A stretch of DNA of 63,932 nt, filler included, from an uncultured bacterium (GTDB taxonomy: Bacteria > Latescibacterota > UBA2968): NCBI GenBank assembly GCA_964471275.1. It is 5 parts of 5 records of this genome, joined end to end, with 100 filler letters (N's around TTAATTAATTAA, not from the genome) between each part and the next. Parts side by side here need not be neighbours in the genome. Positions count along the whole stretch, not along the records: positions 28,857 to 43,148 come from CAYYGZ010000118.1; positions 43,249 to 57,476 come from CAYYGZ010000119.1; 3 more parts are not named here. The stretch is one strand, 5' to 3'. The position numbers and the translations under genes were made by a program. Below are positions 39,431 through 50,714 of the stretch, piece by piece. Positions within the stretch are counted from its first letter, which is position 1. Each line of letters opens with the position of its first letter. The notes below the pieces were generated by a model. It made no database searches. It was not told where the DNA came from and worked only from the letters and a program-made list of their open reading frames with translations.

Positions 39431-40432
39431 CTACATCTGAGAGCGGTGGATCGCCTCGACCAGTTCCATTGTTTTGACGGCATCCTCCAGATTGGTTTCC
39501 GGCTGTCGGTTTTCACGAATGCAATCGAGGAAGTGACGATTCATTGTGTGCTCACCGTAGGCCCGGTAAGGCTTCTGGCTGCGACTGATCTTGTGGCTAT
39601 CCAGTATCTTTGTTGGCTCGACCTTTCCCTCGGTGTAGATCCTGCCTCCCTCCTCCGGATCACCAAAGAACGAAATACCATCCGAGTGCGCTTCGACCGC
39701 GAAGATTCGACGACCCATTTTGTATCCTGATTTAAGGAAGCCGGTTGCGCCAGAGCTGAATGTGACGATGGCCTGGAATACGGTCAGGTGATCGGCGCCA
39801 ATTCTGCGGACACTGCTGGCGACGTTCTCTACATCGCCGCCGCAGAGATACCTGAGCGTGTCGACTGCGTGAACCCCGTCGACAGTGAGCTGGTCCACTG
39901 CGCCTTTGTAGGTCGGCGGCGAGCCGGGCGGCGTGTATTTGATGAACATCGCCTCTGCTGAATGTACGGGACCTACCGCTTCACATATCTCTTTGCCCGT
40001 ACGGATTACGGGAGCGAAGCGGCGCTGCAGGGTGACCCCGGTAACGACTTTGTTCTTCCGGGCGAGTATGGCCAGCTGACGTGTCTGTTCAGAGGTCAGT
40101 GCCGGCGGCTTCTCCAGGATGAGATTGCAGCCCATTTCGATCACGTCTGCGGCAATGTCATACACATGATGCGGTGGCATAATCGCGTAGACGGCGTCAG
40201 GCTTCTCAGTCTCGATCATCGCCTGGTAGTTCGTGTATCTTCCGGCAATCCTGAACTGCTTCGCGACGCGCTCACGGCGTTCATCGTTCAGCTCACAGAC
40301 GGCACAGATCTCGGCATCCTTCATCTCTGTGATCGAAGGGTAGTGTGCGCCCACGGCACGGTTACCCGCACCGATGAAAGCGATCCGCAATTTGGGCAGG
40401 GCTACTGCTTTGGCCTTCTTGGCTTTCGCCAT
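39431..40432 (-). CDS. Gfo/Idh/MocA family oxidoreductase
   Basis: IAFIGAG, EKPP, QRRFAP, GVHAVD, F...IR. Confidence 0.9.
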   Translation of the reverse strand: MAKAKKAKAVALPKLRIAFIGAGNRAVGAHYPSITEMKDAEICAVCELNDERRERVAKQFRIAGRYTNYQAMIETEKPDAVYAIMPPHHVYDIAADVIEMGCNLILEKPPALTSEQTRQLAILARKNKVVTGVTLQRRFAPVIRTGKEICEAVGPVHSAEAMFIKYTPPGSPPTYKGAVDQLTVDGVHAVDTLRYLCGGDVENVASSVRRIGADHLTVFQAIVTFSSGATGFLKSGYKMGRRIFAVEAHSDGISFFGDPEEGGRIYTEGKVEPTKILDSHKISRSQKPYRAYGEHTMNRHFLDCIRENRQPETNLEDAVKTMELVEAIHRSQM

Positions 40433-40520
40433 GGGTTACTCCTTAGACATAAACATTGGGAAGAAGACACACACCGGCCGACGAGAATTGAGGTCAGAAT
40501 CGGTCGGCATTGGGCGATGC

Positions 40521-41339
40521 CTACTCGTTCCACAGGCTGTCGACAAAGCGCACATCGATACGGCACAGATCGCAGACAGTTTCCACATCTTCACCGGCGT
40601 ACTCGCTGTGGAAACTGACCGGTCCATCAAAACCGATAGCCTTTATGGTCTTGATGAGAGCGGGCCAGTCACCAAAGCCCGTACCCAGGCGGACCACTCC
40701 GGTCTTGCGTGTGCCCTGATCGGCTCGACCTATCGGTCTGTACTTGATCAGGTCCTTGAAGGCAAATACGGACAGGTAGTCGCGCACGATGTCGATGGCC
40801 ATTTCGATCGGTTCGCCGCAAAGGGAAAGGTGGCCCGGATCAGTGAAGATTCCCACGTGTTCCGGGTCGTATCCCTTCACTACATTCATCGCCGCGACCG
40901 AATGCAGGCCCATCGATTTGCCTGAGTGGTTGTGGACGACGGTCTTGACACCTGTCTTTTCTGAGAGTCTCTGAAAGCCATCCATAAACCCGCGGATCTC
41001 GTCAAGGTAGTCCCAATAGTGTTTCTCGGGCGTCCAGTGCCAGTAGCCCAGCTTGATATGGCCGACGCCGGCCTCGCCGCAAGCGGCGTAGTATTCTTCT
41101 GCGTAGTCGATGTCAGGACGGGTGAAGTCGCCAGGTGCAGTGACGAGCGGAATCACCAATCCCTCGTCAGCGAAAGCCCTTGCCGCCTCCGGGAGGGCTC
41201 TGGAGACGTTTTCGGGGTTTACAGGGCAGCCTTCCCTGACACAGAGGTCCGCACCCTCGACCGTCGCGGCTTTGAGCCCGGCGATGATGCCCTTCAGGTC
41301 TCGTCCCTCGAGATGTTTGGTGAACATGATCTTCTTCAT
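40521..41339 (-). CDS. Sugar phosphate isomerase/epimerase
   Basis: ATG after AGGAG; VHNHSG, DPGH, FKD, LGTG..DW, FDGP.S.HSEY. Confidence 0.85.
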   Translation of the reverse strand: MKKIMFTKHLEGRDLKGIIAGLKAATVEGADLCVREGCPVNPENVSRALPEAARAFADEGLVIPLVTAPGDFTRPDIDYAEEYYAACGEAGVGHIKLGYWHWTPEKHYWDYLDEIRGFMDGFQRLSEKTGVKTVVHNHSGKSMGLHSVAAMNVVKGYDPEHVGIFTDPGHLSLCGEPIEMAIDIVRDYLSVFAFKDLIKYRPIGRADQGTRKTGVVRLGTGFGDWPALIKTIKAIGFDGPVSFHSEYAGEDVETVCDLCRIDVRFVDSLWNE

Positions 41340-41534
41340 CGATGTCTCTCCTGATGTTGGTTGCATCCTGCGTACAGTGGCATGATTGATCCCGCCCGCA
41401 GACGTGTCAAGGTCCCGGTGACCGGACAAATTACTTTAACGGGTCCCGGAGAATCGTTATATTGAGCATTGTAACGAGCCATGCCTCGGCCATCCGCCCG
41501 GGCATATGTTGCATATCCCTTGAGGGAGACCCCG

Positions 41535-43148
41535 ATGCGCAATGCGCTGCTGATAAGCCCCAAGAACCCGATCACGTTCTGGAGCTTCGATGAAGCCCTG
41601 AAGATGATCGGCAAGAAGAACGCTTTCCCGCCCCTAGGTCTGCTGACGATCGCGGGTATGATGCCCGATCGCTATCAGCTGAGATTAATCGACATGAACT
41701 GCGTCGATCTGACGCCGGGGGATCTGGAGTGGGCGGATATCGTGATTACGTCTTCGATGATTATCCACTGGGAATCACTCGAAGATGTCATCGGGCGCTG
41801 CAACAGCATCGGTGTGCCCCTCCTCAATGGTGGGCCGCTTCCTACACAATACCACGAAGAGATCGAGGGCGAGGCAGTCTTCTACCTGGGGGAGGCCGAG
41901 AACGGCTTCATTGACCTTGTAGATGAGATGGTCGAGAGCCCCGAGCTTGTCGTCCGTCATTCCGTCGATCGTCGCGGCGAATTCAGAGACCTTGAGAACA
42001 CCCCGCTGCCGAAGTGGGATCTGATCGACTTCGCTAACTACAGTAACATGGTCGTTCAGACGACACGGGGTTGTCCCGAAAGCTGCACGTTTTGCAATAT
42101 CCCCTCGCTCTACGGCAAAACGACGCGCATCAAGGCAAAAGGCAGGATGGTTGAGGAACTGGATGCGCTTTACGACGCCGGTTGGCGCGGCGCCGTTATG
42201 GCCGTGGACGATAACTTTGTCGGCAATGCGGATGGGATCCGTGAATCACTCATGAGCGATGTGGTTCCGTGGCAGGAGGAAAGGGGATACCCGTTTCAAT
42301 TCCACACCCAGGCAAGTATCCGGGTCAGTGATGACGAGCCTTTGCTGGAGGCTATGTGGAAGTCCGGGTTCGACAAGATCTTTGCCGGTATCGAGTCACC
42401 CGTCGAAGAGAGTCTGAAGTTCATGGGGGCTCGCAAGAATCTTCAAGGAAGTGCGCCGCTTCTGGACAAGGTGAAGAAGCTTCAGGAATACGGTTTCGAG
42501 GTGCAGGCCGGCTTCATCATGGGGCTGGATACAGACCCGGACGACATACACGAACGGATGATCTCCTTCATCCGCGAGGCCGGGATTCCGGTTGCGATGG
42601 TCGGGATTCTGGGGGTGCTGAGAGACACGCCTGACTACAAGCGATTCAAACGCGCCGGACGGCTCATCGAAGGAGCGAAATACACGGGCGACTCCGGCAT
42701 CTTCAGCCGTCAATTGAGCTATGTGCCCGTGATGGATGCGGATCTGCTGATCAACCGGCATCGACACGTGGTCGAAACACTTAATAGCCCTGAACTCTAC
42801 TTTGAGCGCTGCGCAACGCTGTTCGAACATCACAAGCGTCGTCCGAAGGGGCAGGTATCAGTCGGCTGGGCGGAGGTACGGGCTCTTCTGCTTTCTGTCT
42901 GGAAGCAGGGAATCGTGGGGAATTACCGATCGACCTACTGGCAGTTCTTGGGGAATACACTGTCCACGCAGCCCGACCATATTCCGGATGCCATACGCCT
43001 CGCGGTCCAGGGCCATCACCTGATTACGACGACACAGCAAGCGCTTCACGTCGACGACGTGAAGACATTCTTCGAGGTCGCGGTATCCGAGCTGGAGAAG
43101 TTTGCAGAGGGGTCACGAGAGGCTCTTCACCAGGCCGAATCCTATGCT
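41535..43148 (+). CDS. B12-binding radical SAM protein (DUF4070-type C-terminus), 3' truncated
   Basis: FPPLGLLT, GGP, GEAE, TRGCPESCTFC (CxxxCxxC), VDDNF, GIES, GFI.GLD.D. Confidence 0.9.
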
Positions 43149-43248
43149 NNNNNNNNNNNNNNNNNNNNNNNNNNNNNNNNNNNNNNNNNNNNTTAATTAA
43201 TTAANNNNNNNNNNNNNNNNNNNNNNNNNNNNNNNNNNNNNNNNNNNN
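43149..43248. other. Artificial scaffold linker
   Basis: N-run with TTAATTAATTAA. Confidence 0.95.
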
Positions 43249-43284
43249 TTCCTGAGCAACGATAGATATGTCGCGAGGCATGCG

Positions 43285-46200
43285 GTGAGTTTCCTACTCA
43301 TCGCCCCCAAATCCACTCTGGGCGGAATCCTGCTCGCCCTCACAGTCTTCCTGCTGCTCGGTGACGCTTCTGCCGTCAGTTCCGCCGTTGGGTTCAACCC
43401 CGGACAGAATGCCGATCTCGAGCGCTTCTCAGGCCCACTCTCCCGGAACGCTGAACCTCGGAAGCCCTGGCCACCCCGATACAGGTCGCCTCGCAACAAG
43501 ATCCTGAAGACGGGTTACCGGTTACTCGATGACGAGGCGATGACTGTCCTCGTCTACAAAGAAATCGCTGGTGAAATTCTGGGCCTTCCTTTTGTTGCGT
43601 CTTTCAACGAATTCAACCGACTGAAGCATTGGTTCGACCGCGGACGAATCTTCCGTGGTACGATCGGCAAGAAGGTCACCAGGAAGAGAGGAGACCGCGA
43701 GGGACTTGTAGATATAAAAATCCCGTTCAAGGTCCCCAAGCAATTGAGCGCAATCACGGGTGGCGACGAAACACGTCTGAACATTACCGCCCGCCAGCGA
43801 CTCGATCTGTCAGGTTTGAGCCAGTTCACAGAAGGCGAAGCACAATCGGCCGCAGTCAGAAATTCTAAGTTCCCAACCATCGCTTTCGAACAGGAATCGC
43901 AGGTCAATGTCTCAGGTGAAATCGGAGACAAGATTTCGGTCAACTTGGAGCAGAACAGCAACAGGCAGCTCGACCTGAGTGAATCCCTCAGACTCCGGTA
44001 CGACGGCGACAATGACGCGATCATAAGAACCATTGAGGCAGGTAACACGAACCTCACCCTGCCCGGCACAAGGCTGATCGGCTTTACGGGCGGACGAGGC
44101 GGTCTGTTCGGCATCAAGGCGGAAGGCACCGTTGGCGGTCTGGACCTGACCGTCGTGACAACCCAGGACAAGGGCTCAAGCAACCGGAAGTCCTTCCAAG
44201 GACAGGCGGAGGAATCATCGAACACGCTTCGTGACCACCAGTTCATGCCGAACACCTACTTCTTCTTCGACTCCAGCCATCGTAACGCTTTTCCCAACAA
44301 CCCGGCCCAAGCGGACCAGGTCGACCCCAGTTCTGTCGATGTCTATGTCAACGATTTCAGCAAGATCAATGACATCGAGGACAGCGCGGTCCCGGGCATC
44401 GCCTTCTCTTTCTGGAACAACGACGGCACACCGAACGAGCAGGGCTCTCGTAGCGTGACGGATGGCCTCCAAGAGGGAAACTACCATCAGCTCGATCGGG
44501 GTCAGTATCTTGTCGATCCTCGCGGCTACCTGATCATGACAGGATCACGCATCTCTACTGGATCGGCACTCGCTGTCGCCTACCGTACCGCTGATGGCCG
44601 ACGGTTCGGTGATGTTGGCTTTATACAGGGTGCAGGAGGAACGCAAATCCGGTTGAAACTCATCAAGGCACGGAATCCGCGCTCGGAATCGGCAACATGG
44701 CCGCTGATGTGGCGGAATGTCTACAGCCTGAGCGGCCGCAACATCGAGCCAAGTGGCTTTGACCTACGGATCCTGAAAGAGATCGCAGGCCGGGAGCCCG
44801 TCGACAGCGAAAGCGGCAAACCTTATATCCAAATTCTGGGCCTGGATACGCACACAAACAACTCGTCCGCTTCCAGTCCACCTGACAACGTCGTCGATAC
44901 GGACAACGGAAGCAACATTCCCGGTCTGAACCTGGCTCTGGGGCATCTTGTCTTTCCCTTCCTCGAGCCCTTCGGCACTGGCAGTAAGAGCGCTGACATA
45001 GACGAGGGCGTTCCCGAACTGTATTCGGAAAGCAACGCGCAGACTCGTGCAGAGAAAAGCAAATATCTGATCCAGGTCCTTTCCCAAAGTCGAGCGACAA
45101 GGTTCAACCTCGGCGCTGAGGTTCTGCAGGACAGCGAGGTTGTCACGCTGAACAACAGACGACTGGACAAGGGCAAAGACTACACGATCGACTACAACTT
45201 CGGGACAATCTCTTTCATCGGTGAGGCGGGGAACCTCGTGTCGGACCCGACGGCGAACCTGAAGATCGACTTCAGTTCGAAGGATCCCTTCGGCGGATTC
45301 GGTCAGCAGAAGAGCCTGTTGGGAGTTCGTCTGGAGCACCCCATACAGAATCAGCAGTCATTCGTTGGGATGACCATGCTTTACAGCAACCAGACGACGG
45401 CTGCTCAGCGTGTACGTGTAGGAGAGGAACCCGCACGCACACTCATTTGGGATGCCAATGCACGACTCCAGTTCAAGCCGACTGCATTGACAGACCTTGT
45501 CAACACCATTCCGTTTGTCAGCACCACTGCACAGTCACGCGTCGACCTGGATGTCGAGGTTGCCCAGAGCATTCCGAACCCCAACACCAAAGGAATCGCT
45601 TACATCGATGATTTCGAGGGATCGCAGGATGAACTCCGGTTTTCTATCCTGAAGAACGCCTGGACCCGATCGAGTACGCCGACACGCAGCGGGTCGGCTC
45701 TCTCACGAAGCGTCGTACCGCAGGGGCAGTTTACCTGGTATACACCGATCGATCGAGACCGGACCTCCTTGCTGATGATCCAGCCGAATCGTGAGGATCT
45801 GACGACGGAGCAGGCGATCATTGACATCATGAAGATCCGGTTCGATCCGGCACGAACGAACGGTTATCCGCGGAGGACGACGGACAAGCAGGGCGGATCT
45901 GCGGTGAAATCCTGGGGGGGTATCGTCGGCAGCTTGGACGGTTGGGATCTGTCACGCTCCAAGTTCCTCGAAATCTGGATCCGCGGGAATGTGGGTGTAT
46001 TCCACATCGATCTGGGTGAGATATCCGAGCAGATCGACCTCCCTCTCGATGATCCAGCCGGTAACCCGCGTCCGATCGCATTCCGTACGGAAGACGCACC
46101 CCTGGGAGGGCTGCCGACTGGCGATGGGATCGCGACCGCTGAGGAAGATGTGGGTCTGGACGGTCTGACAGACGCCGAGGAAGCCTTGGTCTTCAGCGGA

Positions 46201-49200
46201 CTTTTCCCGGGTATCCCCGTGCCCGCCGATCCCTCGCGAGATAACTTCGCCGATGTGGATCTGACCCGAAATGCAGACACAGAGGTCGAACAACGATATC
46301 CGACAGGAATTAACGGCACACAGGACAACAACTCTGACCGGGTGTCCATTCCAAACACGGAAGATCTGAACAGCAACGGCTTTCTTGACACTCGAAACAA
46401 CTACATCCGCTACAGTGTTAATCTGGCGCGAGATCGTGGAATCAATCCGGAGACCGGCTCGTTTCTGGATGGTCCACTCGTCCTTGTCGAGGGAACGGAA
46501 TCAGATCGACTCGGCGGCGGAGCCTCCAACCCTCCGTGGCGCCTGATTCGTATTCCCCTGAGCGGAAATCGGTCGCCGCGCACCCTTGAGGGTCTGCCGG
46601 ACACCACGTTCGCCAGCCCGATCGACTATGTCCGGCTGTGGGTTGAGAGCGATAAACAGGTAGATCTGTCCCTCTATGGGCCCAAGGCGGTTGGTAACGA
46701 CTGGCTGGAAGATGAACCGGATCCGACTTTCTTATCGGGTGATTTCGAAGTGGCTGCGATCGGCACCGACAACCCGATCTATGTCTCCCCCCCAGACCTC
46801 GATCTCGAGCGAGACCCGACCACGGGTCTCACGTTGACCGAGCGATCGCTGGCCTTGAAATTTCAGGACCTCTTCCCCGGCGAGACACAGTCTGCGTCCC
46901 GAACGTTCGTGAACGGTGAGGACTACACGCTCTACAGGAAGATGCGGCTCTTTGCCCACGGCGGAAACAACAACCCGGCCTCGGAGGCGGCGAACCGCCA
47001 CTTCCCGGCTGCCGAGGACACCCTGATGGGTATCATAAGCCCGGTAGAGCTCTTTCTCAGGTTCACGCCAGCTAAGGATGACACGAACCATATCTACGAG
47101 TTCAGATCTCGCATCTACCAGGGCTGGTCGGATGCGAACACGCTCGACATCGATCTGGAGCTGATGACCCAACTGAAGGGCCAGCTCCTGGACTTCAAAT
47201 CGGTAGGGTTTACGCAGGTCGACACGACTCTGCTCCTGAACGTCGGTGAGGTGCCGATCGCTTACATCCCGGACCGTGACGAGATGCAGGCCACGGTAGG
47301 CGACAAGATCTACATCGTACGCGGTAATCCATCACTCAACCGGATCAAGTCGTTCACGCTCGGTGTCAGAAATCGTGGCGAGATCGTCCTGGATGGAGAA
47401 AGCGAGTTGTGGGTTGACGAGTTGACAGTGGACAACATCCGAAAGAGAAAGGCCGTATCCGGTTTGCTGAGCTTGCGGACTGTCCTGGCTGATCTCGGGA
47501 ACTTCAACCTGGAACTGGAACGCAGAAGCGGCGACTTCCAAGATCTGCAGGGCGCCGCGACCGGAAACACGACCTCGCGTGTGAACCTGACGACTGACAT
47601 CAACATCGACAAGTTCTTGCCAAAGACCTGGCAAACGTCAATTCCCCTGCGCTACAGCTACAACCGCACAAGCAGCGTCCCTCGCATACGCCGCGGATCT
47701 GACATTGTGCTGACAGAAGCGCAGAAACAGAACGAGAGCGACATCAACAGCCAGAGCCGGCTAAACCTCACTTTCAGGAAGTCGCCCGCCAAGGAGAACC
47801 CCAAATTCGTGTCACGACTCCTGTTCGACAAATTGAACGGGTCGCTCAGCCTCGTCAGCACGAGTTCCGTCAGCGGCGCCATCACCAGGAGACGGTCATC
47901 GGCTCAGGATCAACTGACGGGCTCGCTCAACTACGACATGAATATCCCTCAAAAGAAGGGATTGAAGCCCTTCACGTGGGTACCCGGGGTCAAGCAGATT
48001 CAGGATTCAGAGTTCTTTTACCTTCCGAGCACCCTGAGATACCGTCTCCAGTTTACCCGACAGCTCCGAGATCAGCAGGACTTCTCGGCTGTCGCCGGGG
48101 ACACCCTAGATGTCATCAGGACGGATACAGAAAGCTTCAACCTGAATGAGAACTACGAGATCAAGTTCCTCCCATTTAGGAGTCTAACGACAGATTACAA
48201 GATGGCGGTTACTCGGGACCTGCGTGAGTCCCTGCATTTCACGGGACTGCAGTTTGGACGTGAGATCGGTCGGACCCAGACATTCACCGCCGGTTTCACA
48301 CCCAAGATCCTCCGATGGTTGACGACCAACATGCAGTATAACGCGAATTACAAGGAGAACATCGAGACGGGTGGACAGCAGACGCCTGTTGGCAACTCGC
48401 GTCGTGGACTGACAGTCAGCACTCAGAACCAGGCGAACCTCCGCCTTGGCTTCAACCTGCCCGCCCTCTTCCGACCCCTTGTGAGAAAAGGCAACATCCT
48501 CAAATTTATCGGAACAGCCGGGTCTGCTATCTCAAACGTGAACGCTCAAATCGGCCGAAACAAGACATTCAATACCTTTGGACTCAAGGGACGACCATCA
48601 CTCAAGTATCAATTCGGATTCTCCGACAGCGCGCGCGTCGCCCAGTTCGGTGGCCAGTCGCTTACCCGCACGCCGACCACCAACATCGCGGATCGCGCAG
48701 ACCTTTCTACGTCTGTGCGCCTGCCCCTTGGCCTGAGCCTGCAATCGGGCGTAAACTTCGGCCTCACCAGTGTGACGGGGAACTCAAGTACCGAAGACAA
48801 GAGACGGACTCTCCCTGACCTGAAGTTCAGTTGGCGAGGCCTGCACAAGGGACCCGTGTTGAGATGGCTGTGGTCCAGCGCCAACCTGACGTCGAACTTC
48901 CAGAGATCCAACACAAAGCGAGGTGAAGGGGGGTTGGACTCTCTTTCGATTACGAACGATATCCAGGATCGTCAAATGAGCCCGATGGTTTCACTCTCCA
49001 CACGGTGGAAGAACGGCATGTCGACCACAGTGCAGACCAACCGGACGCGCTCGACCGATCTGCGTTACCAGCGCAACGTCCAGGCAAACGAGGATGGGAG
49101 TTTCCCGACGCTCGAAGAGCGCACGATCGGGACAACAGTGACAAGTACGGGCAACCTCAGGACGCAGTTGCGATATTCCATCAAACCGAAGATATTCGAG

Positions 49201-49488
49201 TCACTCCAGAGCAACATCGATCTCGACTTTACTTTCCAAACGTCTGAGAACCGACAGATCGAACGTCCCCGTCTCGTGGCCGAGCCCGAGCCAGGCGAAG
49301 AGCCGCAGGACGAGATCGTTCGGCGAGACGAAAGTACATGGTCAGGACAGGTCGGCGCACAGTACCGATTCAGCGAGAACTTCACAGGTGGGTTTTCTTT
49401 CCGTCACGAGCGGCGCAGGGACAAGCTCAGGGAACTGACGAACATCACCTATGAATTCCGGCTGTTCGGGGAGATCGAATTCAACTAG
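43285..49488 (+). CDS. sprA: Cell-surface protein SprA / type IX secretion translocon homolog (start near scaffold edge, uncertain)
   Basis: 2067 aa; G.IGDKI, LRYDG..D.II..IEAGN, GLFGIK, LMWRNVYSL, DYTIDYNFG, VRVGEEP, AYIDDFEG, IDLG.ISE, EDVGLDG, PNTEDLN, G.PSL, LWVDEL; C-terminal Phe strand. Confidence 0.88.
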   Translation: MSFLLIAPKSTLGGILLALTVFLLLGDASAVSSAVGFNPGQNADLERFSGPLSRNAEPRKPWPPRYRSPRNKILKTGYRLLDDEAMTVLVYKEIAGEILGLPFVASFNEFNRLKHWFDRGRIFRGTIGKKVTRKRGDREGLVDIKIPFKVPKQLSAITGGDETRLNITARQRLDLSGLSQFTEGEAQSAAVRNSKFPTIAFEQESQVNVSGEIGDKISVNLEQNSNRQLDLSESLRLRYDGDNDAIIRTIEAGNTNLTLPGTRLIGFTGGRGGLFGIKAEGTVGGLDLTVVTTQDKGSSNRKSFQGQAEESSNTLRDHQFMPNTYFFFDSSHRNAFPNNPAQADQVDPSSVDVYVNDFSKINDIEDSAVPGIAFSFWNNDGTPNEQGSRSVTDGLQEGNYHQLDRGQYLVDPRGYLIMTGSRISTGSALAVAYRTADGRRFGDVGFIQGAGGTQIRLKLIKARNPRSESATWPLMWRNVYSLSGRNIEPSGFDLRILKEIAGREPVDSESGKPYIQILGLDTHTNNSSASSPPDNVVDTDNGSNIPGLNLALGHLVFPFLEPFGTGSKSADIDEGVPELYSESNAQTRAEKSKYLIQVLSQSRATRFNLGAEVLQDSEVVTLNNRRLDKGKDYTIDYNFGTISFIGEAGNLVSDPTANLKIDFSSKDPFGGFGQQKSLLGVRLEHPIQNQQSFVGMTMLYSNQTTAAQRVRVGEEPARTLIWDANARLQFKPTALTDLVNTIPFVSTTAQSRVDLDVEVAQSIPNPNTKGIAYIDDFEGSQDELRFSILKNAWTRSSTPTRSGSALSRSVVPQGQFTWYTPIDRDRTSLLMIQPNREDLTTEQAIIDIMKIRFDPARTNGYPRRTTDKQGGSAVKSWGGIVGSLDGWDLSRSKFLEIWIRGNVGVFHIDLGEISEQIDLPLDDPAGNPRPIAFRTEDAPLGGLPTGDGIATAEEDVGLDGLTDAEEALVFSGLFPGIPVPADPSRDNFADVDLTRNADTEVEQRYPTGINGTQDNNSDRVSIPNTEDLNSNGFLDTRNNYIRYSVNLARDRGINPETGSFLDGPLVLVEGTESDRLGGGASNPPWRLIRIPLSGNRSPRTLEGLPDTTFASPIDYVRLWVESDKQVDLSLYGPKAVGNDWLEDEPDPTFLSGDFEVAAIGTDNPIYVSPPDLDLERDPTTGLTLTERSLALKFQDLFPGETQSASRTFVNGEDYTLYRKMRLFAHGGNNNPASEAANRHFPAAEDTLMGIISPVELFLRFTPAKDDTNHIYEFRSRIYQGWSDANTLDIDLELMTQLKGQLLDFKSVGFTQVDTTLLLNVGEVPIAYIPDRDEMQATVGDKIYIVRGNPSLNRIKSFTLGVRNRGEIVLDGESELWVDELTVDNIRKRKAVSGLLSLRTVLADLGNFNLELERRSGDFQDLQGAATGNTTSRVNLTTDINIDKFLPKTWQTSIPLRYSYNRTSSVPRIRRGSDIVLTEAQKQNESDINSQSRLNLTFRKSPAKENPKFVSRLLFDKLNGSLSLVSTSSVSGAITRRRSSAQDQLTGSLNYDMNIPQKKGLKPFTWVPGVKQIQDSEFFYLPSTLRYRLQFTRQLRDQQDFSAVAGDTLDVIRTDTESFNLNENYEIKFLPFRSLTTDYKMAVTRDLRESLHFTGLQFGREIGRTQTFTAGFTPKILRWLTTNMQYNANYKENIETGGQQTPVGNSRRGLTVSTQNQANLRLGFNLPALFRPLVRKGNILKFIGTAGSAISNVNAQIGRNKTFNTFGLKGRPSLKYQFGFSDSARVAQFGGQSLTRTPTTNIADRADLSTSVRLPLGLSLQSGVNFGLTSVTGNSSTEDKRRTLPDLKFSWRGLHKGPVLRWLWSSANLTSNFQRSNTKRGEGGLDSLSITNDIQDRQMSPMVSLSTRWKNGMSTTVQTNRTRSTDLRYQRNVQANEDGSFPTLEERTIGTTVTSTGNLRTQLRYSIKPKIFESLQSNIDLDFTFQTSENRQIERPRLVAEPEPGEEPQDEIVRRDESTWSGQVGAQYRFSENFTGGFSFRHERRRDKLRELTNITYEFRLFGEIEFN

Positions 49489-49503
49489 AGACGAAGGTGT
49501 CGT

Positions 49504-49884
49504 TTGTTTACCTTCAATCGAAACGAACAGATTGCCATCCTGATCCTGACAGCCCTCTTGGTCGTCGGTTCGATCGTATCCACAATCGACTACTTCTGGC
49601 CCGACCGAATCGAAGATTTCGCTGTTCGTAAAGCGGCAATCCCGGTGCCGGATATCCAGACGGAAGAAACCTCCCACGTGCTCGGTCCCATCGATGTGAA
49701 TACGGCGGCGGCGAAGGAGCTGAAGGCCCTTCCCCTGATCGGGCAGAAGACAGCGGATCGGATCTTGGCGTATCGTGCAGAGAAAGGTCCATTCAAGACT
49801 ATCCCTGATCTGGCAGCCGTTCACGGAATCGGTGCAAAGACGGTCGAGAAACTCCGGCCACTCGTCACACTGGGGTCATCGTGA
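49504..49884 (+). CDS. comEA: ComEA-like helix-hairpin-helix DNA-binding protein
   Basis: N-terminal TM; IDVNTA..EL.ALP.IG.K.A.RI..YR..G.F..DL..V.GIG.K. Confidence 0.88.
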   Translation: MFTFNRNEQIAILILTALLVVGSIVSTIDYFWPDRIEDFAVRKAAIPVPDIQTEETSHVLGPIDVNTAAAKELKALPLIGQKTADRILAYRAEKGPFKTIPDLAAVHGIGAKTVEKLRPLVTLGSS

Positions 49885-50714
49885 GTCTCATCGGCATTCA
49901 CACATCTGATGGTGTGGTAAGGACGTGCAGCGTCGGCGATAACGGCAAACTGGAATACACAGATTGCGCGGATGTAGAGACCTCATTTACAATCGATGAC
50001 TTCCTGTCACCTGCTGAGCGTTTCGCACCCGAGATTTCAAACTGCCTTCGCGACCGTAATCAGCCCGTTTCTGTTTCGCTCCCCGGCGGGGCCTTTCAAA
50101 CCCGACGTGTCCCCCTGGAGGTTGCCGAGGAGGTCGACCGCCGCAGCCAGGTCGACTGGGAAGTGGGCCAGACTCTTGCGGCTCGTAAAGGAGACTATTC
50201 AGTCGAATACGCGGTCCGGGGCAGCTCGGCGATCTGGATCGCGATCTCTCACAGGTGCATCGAGGCGATCACCTTGGCCTTTGAGACGTGCGGCGTCTCG
50301 GTGGCCAGCATATGTGCGGGGCCAGTCGCGCTCCTGCAGGTCCTGGTCCGCGAGCATCCAGTCGGTGCGGCTACCGCAATCCTTGCGGAGTCGGGATGGG
50401 TCTCTACCGTCGTGATCGAAGACAGTGCTCTTGTATCCCTTACGACAGATCGTGCCGCGGAACATGCGAGGCGGGATGAGAGATCTGAGCTACGCGAGTT
50501 CGCGAGCGGGCAAACAGCCCAACCATCTGTAGACGTGCCTGTGCCTGTCTATTACGTGGGCAGAACGGATCTACTGACAGACAGCTGCTCTGTATCTAAC
50601 GGTTCACGCGCGTTGCTTCCTCCAGCGGGAAAGCGTGACAACAGGGAGAAGGACACCCTAACCACGGTCGCATACGGTGCGGCCTTGCTTGCAATAAGCG
50701 AGAAACCAATATGA
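49881..50714 (+). CDS. Hypothetical protein, distant PilM/FtsA-like
   Basis: IGI start, VSVSLPG, QVDWEV.Q.L, F..CG...I..P.AL, VAYGAAL tail. Confidence 0.55.
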   Translation: MSLIGIHTSDGVVRTCSVGDNGKLEYTDCADVETSFTIDDFLSPAERFAPEISNCLRDRNQPVSVSLPGGAFQTRRVPLEVAEEVDRRSQVDWEVGQTLAARKGDYSVEYAVRGSSAIWIAISHRCIEAITLAFETCGVSVASICAGPVALLQVLVREHPVGAATAILAESGWVSTVVIEDSALVSLTTDRAAEHARRDERSELREFASGQTAQPSVDVPVPVYYVGRTDLLTDSCSVSNGSRALLPPAGKRDNREKDTLTTVAYGAALLAISEKPI

